Of a stretch of 64,000 nt of DNA, positions 51,125 to 64,000 are shown piece by piece (within the stretch, counting starts at the first letter, position 1; each line of letters starts with the position of its first letter). A model generated the notes under the pieces. It saw only the letters and a list, made by a program, of their open reading frames with translations, made no database searches and was not told the DNA's origin. Where the stretch lies: assembly GCF_009914755.1 (NCBI RefSeq), contig NC_060940.1. One strand, written 5' to 3'. Source of the stretch: the human T2T-CHM13v2.0 reference genome, Homo sapiens. The translations under genes were made by a program, and so were the position numbers.

Positions 51125-51647
51125 CTAAAATTCAGTACAAAAGGGAATAATGTTGAACTTGTCTTAAAATAAAAAGATTAACATAGTCTGCCAGTCCAAG
51201 AAGGCACGTAGGCTAGATCAGTTTCTATTGTACAATTCACACCTGCCATTAATCTGGAATCTACAGATTCATGTCTTTGCAAGTTAAGACATTTAACTTT
51301 GCTTAAATTAAAATTCCTGAGCCTAGGAATCTCAACACTCAGGCTTTCCAACTTAACCTATGTCCTCTGTAATCTTACAAAAAGCTTATTACCTTTATCA
51401 CAGACACTTCAGGATTCTAATTAGTTCTACATGTTTCTTAGACCCCACTGTCTCAAACATGGCTGCGCTATGGAATACCTGTGGAGCTTGGAAAAACATG
51501 CTTATACCTGAGTGCCACTCTCAGCTTCTGAGGTAAAGCCTGGGTATCATAAATCCTAACAAGAGATTCTAAAGTGATGCCAGGCTTGATAAACAGGGAA
51601 AGGCAGGGCATGTGATTACACTCATTCATTCATTCACCTATTCTGCT

Positions 51648-51938
51648 CAAAGGGAGACAGTGTCCCCAAGGTCTGTGCTGAGGAGAAAGCTGCTCTGCCT
51701 TCGAGGTGTACCCCGGGTCTGTGCTGAGCAGAACGCAGCTCCGCCCTCGCGGTGCCCCCGGCCCGCCCGCCCGGGTCTGTGCTGAGGAAAACACTGCTCC
51801 GCCTTCGCTGTATCTCCGAAGTCTGTGCAGAGGAGAACTCAGCTCGCCCTCACGATGCAATCTGGGTCTGTGCTGAGGAGAGCGCAGCTCCGCCCTCGCA
51901 AAGGCGCACAGCGCGGGCGCAGGCGCAGAGAGGCGCAC
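51648..51938. repeat. TAR1 telomere-associated repeat fragment (37-bp-class units plus one 29-bp unit), interstitial
   Basis: Five GGTCTGTGCTGAGGAGAACGCAGCTCCGCCCTCGC-like units, then GGCGCACAGCGCGGGCGCAGGCGCAGAGAGGCGCAC. CpG-rich, no TTAGGG array. Confidence 0.88.
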
Positions 51939-54369
51939 ATTTTATGAATAGCAAATCAATTTCTCCCTGTTCCTCTTACATCGAGGCTGGACACACGTTT
52001 ACAGGGGATCAGTGTGAAGGGAAGCTGGTGAGGCTGCCTGAGAAGCCCCCTGCCTGCGTCTCCCAGTGGACTCCTTGGGAGCGCCCCCTCCCCTGCTCTG
52101 CCCAACAGCGCCTGAACTGTGGCCACTTGCACTCCTGTTGCCTACCCAGTGGCTTGAACTCCAGAACTTGCCACCCTTCAGTGGAATTCCTGGAGGAGTG
52201 AGGAGCTCTGTGCTATGCTTGGCCACCGAACATGGGCCATCTCTCCTATTATGGTTTGAAATGTACCGTAGTGTCTTGTTTGGTAATTGTATAATAATAT
52301 GGGGAGACTGTGCGGGTGTCTGCTAGCTTGTCTGCTGGTTCTTACTCATGGTGCCTTCTTCCCTTTCAGACTTGGATATCTTTGTGTGCTTCTTGGGGCC
52401 CTTGGAAGGGTGTCTGTGGGGTTTCCGTGAGGCCAAAGACAGAGGTTCCTTCTCACGAGGATGGTGTTTGCTTTCACATGGACAGCCCAGACCACCTGGA
52501 ACCAAGTGCACAGAAGCCCCACCATCCCCGGGCCTCCCAGTTGTGATGGGTGAGCGGTCCAAGTCCGCAGGAGGCCAGAGGCTCTTTGTGGTTGAATCTG
52601 TGAGTTTCCTTTCCTTTTTCCCTCCCACTCCTTTTAATGCTAATGAATTCCTTGTTTGGGGGCAGGGGCCAGGGTTATCTCTTCTTCTGTCTTCACCCAA
52701 GGTGAGGCCTTTCAGGCTCCCAGCTTGATATGGGGGTGAATCCCCTATCAGCCTCCTCATACCTTGACCTCTGTCTACCCCCCTACTCCCTCCAAGGTCG
52801 AAGCCCAACTTGCCAGGTTGGCAAATGCTCACAGGCAACAATGGCCCCAGCGCTCCTCCCTAGGTTCTTGATTTTCCCCTGAAACTTGGCCTGGAGGTTT
52901 CCTACTAGCTTAGCAGCCCTTTGATGCTTTTAACGTAATTTTGTTATTATTTTATCCAAAATTCTTGCTTGTTTTAAGAGGGAAAGCAGGTCGGCCATTA
53001 CTGCACAGAGAATCTGGGACAGTTATTATAACCATAGAAATTTATTTTCCATGTGCTGTCCCATCTTCTTGATGAGACAGATGTTTAACAGCTGGAGAAC
53101 TGGACCCCGTATTTGTCCCCATCTTGCCTAGCAACAGAAGGTAGTCACTAATCAGGGATTTTCGAGCCCATTGCTTAAGGCCTTCATTGACCCAAAGGAT
53201 AGTGGGTCCCTGCTCCTCTTCCTGCGGAGAGGCCCAGGTGCCCAGAGGGCCCTCCTGGCTTGGCTGCCTACAGAGTGGCTGATGAAGTGTCCGCTGTGCG
53301 CACAGGACACCCAGCCCCACTCCTCCCCAGGCAGCCCCTCAAACAGCTGTTGCTCTGCCTGCTTCGGCTGTGGACCTGAGGCTGAGAGGCTGAGCCATCG
53401 CCCTGAGCCGCATGCAGGGGAGTGGCAGGCCTGGACCCAGTGCCCAGACCTGGCTCACCTGACCTTACTTTTTCCACTGTGCCTGCTTCTCCCTCCCAGG
53501 CTCTGTGACCTTGGGCAGCCATGGCCATCCTGTGCCCATTCCCAGCTGTAAAATGAGAGGCTGGGCTGGCTGATCTCAAATGTCCCCTGCCAGCCTGAGA
53601 TTCTGTGTTGTGTCCTGGGGTGTGACTGTGACATGCCACCAAAGGCAGCTGCCAGTGCTCATGAGGGAGGCCTTTTTCCTGAGTTAAGGCAGGTGGGGGG
53701 ACTGGGGGTGAGTTGAGGGACTGGGAGGTGGGGGAAGCACACAGACAGTCCTCCCCAGCTGAGCGCTCATGGTGAATTACCTTCAGTCCCAGGCTCAGTG
53801 CTTTGGAAATGCTCTCAGGCCCAGCACCCAGGCCTGGAACCAGCCTCCAGGCCCCTGGCCCTCCCTTTCTCTACTGGAATCTTCCAGACCGAGGCAGGTC
53901 AGCTGAAAGTCACCGACTCTGCCTTCCACAAACTCATAGCTGACAGACCATTCCATGTCCCCTCCCAGCCCCGTCCCAGGAGCGGAACTCACTTTGCCTT
54001 CCCACCCTCCAGGCCGACTCACTGTCCGTCACTCTCTGGGTCCCACCCACTGTCCCACCGACTTCATTGGTCTAAAAATATGCTCTGGCATCTTGTTGGA
54101 AAGCAGCAGGAATGATGGGCCCTGCTGATAAGGTGAAGAAAGTGACCCGAGGGGGCAAACTTACGGACGGGACATACTTTGGCAAAATAACAAAACAGCG
54201 GGACCTGAAGGCTGGCTTCCCAAGCGTCCTCAAGGCCTTGTGCCAGGAACAGGACCCTCGGGCTTAGGAAAGTGAAAACCAGGCTCAGGTCCCTCACCCA
54301 GACCCTTCTGCCCGCTTTGGGAGGGAGCCCAAGAAGTCAGCTAGGGAGGGACCTCCCGGTGGGACCTGA

Positions 54370-54636
54370 GTCCTGATTGGAACTTTCTGGGGGCTTTCTT
54401 GGCATTTTACGTGTGTTGTCACAACTCCTTGATGGGAGAATTAAGCATGGTCTGTGGGATTCCACTGGGAGAGGACCCCTAAAAGCCTGGGCCGGGCCTC
54501 CTCCCAATTTCACCCCATATGCCTTTCCCTTTGCTCATTATGCTTTGTGTCTTTTGCTGTAGTAAACCGTAGCCATGACTTTTGCAAGTCCTCCTAGATT
54601 AACACTGAACTTGGGGGTGGTTTTAGGGACCCTGAC
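54370..54636 (+). mobile_element. MER21-type LTR fragment
   Basis: TCCACTGGGAGAGGAC, TTTCCCTTTGCT, GAACTTGGGGGTGGTTTTAGGGACCCTGAC. Confidence 0.6.
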
Positions 54637-54649
54637 GTACCTATGGATG

Positions 54650-56750
<2,101 letters not shown>

Positions 56751-57690
56751 TCCCTTCATTTTCTCATTCATTTATTTTATTTTACTATCATATATATATA
56801 TATATATAATTTCATATTATCTTATTTTAGTTTTTAGAGACAGTGTCTTGCCCTGTCACCCAGGCTGGATTGCGGTGGTGTGATCATAGTTCACTGCAGT
56901 ATCAACCTCCTGGACTCAAGCGATCCTCCTGCCTGGGACTATAGGCATGCACCACCATGCCCAGCTAATCATCCATTTCTTTCTTTTTTTAAAACAAATT
57001 TTATGTTTATTTATTTATTTATTTGGATTTCTCCTACCGAAAGGAATCATTCTTTTTTTTTTTTTTTTTTTTTTGAGAGGGAGCCTTGCTCTGTTGCCCA
57101 GGCTGGAGTGCAGTGGCACAATCTCAGCTCACTGCAACCCCTATCTCCCAGGTTCAAGCCTCAGCCTTCTGCATAGCTGGGACTACAAGCGTGCGCCACC
57201 ACACCCAGCTAGTTTTTGTGTTTTTTATTAGAGACAGAGTTTCACTATATGTTGGCTAGGCTGGTCTCGAACTCCTGACCTCAGCTGATCCACCTGCTTC
57301 GGCCTCCCAAAGTGCTGGGATTACAGATGTGAACCACCACGCCTGACCCGAATCATTCATTTCTTTTCAAGTGGATATCTTACGGTATTTTAGGGCATGG
57401 CTAGGAGCAGTTTTGTTTTCTCTTCTCAAGACAGAGTTTTTGTAGGATGTCATAGAGTTCATGTCTGCAGCTCACAGTGTCATTGCCTGTGTCCCCAGCT
57501 CCACGTACTGGCAGGTGTGCTGCAAGCTGGGCAGGTGCTCTGTGTCCGTGGGATACCTTACCCGACACTCCCGGCCCTCCTCTGCAAGCCGTGCCCTGAT
57601 CCTCCCTGCAGGGACTGGGGATTGGGTCTGCTCACCCAGAAGCTGGGATACCTGGCTGAGGGCACTTCTCTCCCTCTTCTCTTTGAACAG

Positions 57691-57819
57691 AGTGGCCGCA
57701 AACCCAAAGGTGCGGGAGCAAGTGCGGCTGGAGCTGAGCTTCGTCAACTCAGACCTGCAGATGCTCAAGGAAGAGCTGGAGGGGCTGAACATCTCAGTGG
57801 GCGTCTATCAGAACACAGA
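57691..57819 (+). pseudogene. RHPN2: RHPN2 (rhophilin-2) unprocessed pseudogene exon (HR1 domain C-terminal half, probably exon 3)
   Basis: gaacag|AGTGGCCGCA...AACACAGA|gtaagt, 129 nt. [43 protein letters not shown] versus recalled VATNSKVREQ... No upstream RHPN2 exons seen. Confidence 0.9.
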
Positions 57820-58859
57820 GTAAGTGGGAGCAGCACACCTTCCAGAAGCCTCTGAGCCAGAGATCCTTCATACATCCAGGGTATGAAGAGGTACCTGGGT
57901 ACGAACCCTATCTGCACAGAGGCTAGATAGGGTTCTAGACTGGGGTGTGGCAGCCCCAACTTTGGGAAGTGAGAGAACCATCAGCTTTGGGGTTGAGTGA
58001 GGTGCTAGACTGGAAGGGATGAGCCCATTTGTTGGGAAATATCTGCAGTGTTGAACAAAAAGGCATTTGTGAGGCCGGGCACAGTGGCTCACTCCCATAA
58101 TCCCAACACTTTGGGAGGCTGAGGCATGTGGATCACCTGAGGTCAGGAGTTCGAGACCAGTCTGGCCAACATGGTGAAACCCCGTCTCTACTAAAAATAA
58201 AAAAAATAGCCGGACATGGTGGTGCACACTTGTAATCCTGGCTTCTCAGAGGCTGAGACAGAATTGCTTGAACCCGGGAGCTGGACATTTCAGTGAGCCG
58301 AGATCACACTACTGTACTCCAGCCCGGCTGACAGAGCAAGACTCTGTCTCAAAACAGACAAACAGACAAAAAAAAAAAAAAAACAAATGAAGACAGTATA
58401 AAATCTAGTGTAAATATATGTGATGAACCAAGATAAGTTTAAAAGTTAGATGCCTTGGATTTTATAGTTAATTTTCAGTAATTCCGCATAGTCACATTTC
58501 ATAGACATGCAAACATTAGCAAGATATGTTATTAAATTCAACTGAACAGACATTGAGCAAGGATATTTTAGTGAGTCACCATAATTTTCCTAAGGACATT
58601 GTTAGGACAATACCTTTCCAATGTTGGCTAATTATTTTCTCATTTATTTGCCAAGGAACAAAAAGCATACGCAAATACTTCGGGATTAAGGCCAAAGGCC
58701 AAAATTGACCCTGTAAGGGGAGGCCACTATGCACACACAGAGATTCTGTGCACTGTACTTACGTTGGACTGCAGTCTGTTTCCTAGCTGGAGGTGACAAA
58801 CTGAAACAGAAAAATCCAAATTAAAACAAAGTAACACACCAGTCTCCTTTTAAGGTTGT

Positions 58860-63822
<4,963 letters not shown>

Positions 63823-64000
63823 AAGAATGCAAGCATTTCAAAGGAAGAGTCTCTTGGAGAAACTTAGGAATTTTATAGGCATTTTTAAGGATTCAACTGG
63901 GTCATGTTCTGAATTCCACATTAAAGCAAATGAAAATATTCACATGTTGTGGACATGGCCAACTGCCATTCGGCACAGGCTTCCAACCATGTCATTTTAG

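Noticed and set aside
51648-51938. Repeat-spacer pattern resembling a CRISPR array, or a telomere fusion site
   Set aside because: Primate DNA, degenerate TAR1 units, no cas genes, and no head-to-head TTAGGG arrays.

Overview
Human (great-ape) pericentromeric segmental-duplication mosaic with no intact protein-coding gene. Parent-gene comparisons below are from recalled sequences, not alignments. Left to right: (1) 1-3334 is a diverged direct copy of 38188-41520. (2) 3.4-17.7 kb is duplicon sequence of unidentified origin with L1/Alu/MLT/MIR elements. (3) 17.7-21.6 kb is a CATTT/CATCT pentamer satellite. (4) 22.6-28.5 kb is a CAGGG array with an internal inversion, followed by a REP522-like block and an old L1. 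(5) ~31-51.6 kb is a duplicated piece of the CHEK2-TTC28 locus on the minus strand: TTC28 CpG island and a dead exon 1, plus CHEK2 exons 11-15 with intact splice sites but two frameshifts. (6) 51.65-51.94 kb is an interstitial TAR1 (subtelomeric TERRA-promoter) fragment at the duplicon junction. (7) 52-64 kb is an RHPN2-derived duplicon with one recognisable exon on the plus strand. The head-to-head CHEK2P/RHPN2P layout fits the 15q11 or 16p11.2 pericentromeric paralogs; the exact locus cannot be fixed from sequence alone. Best lead: the TAR1 piece is oriented so that its TERRA-direction transcription would run in sense through the promoterless CHEK2 exons 11-15.
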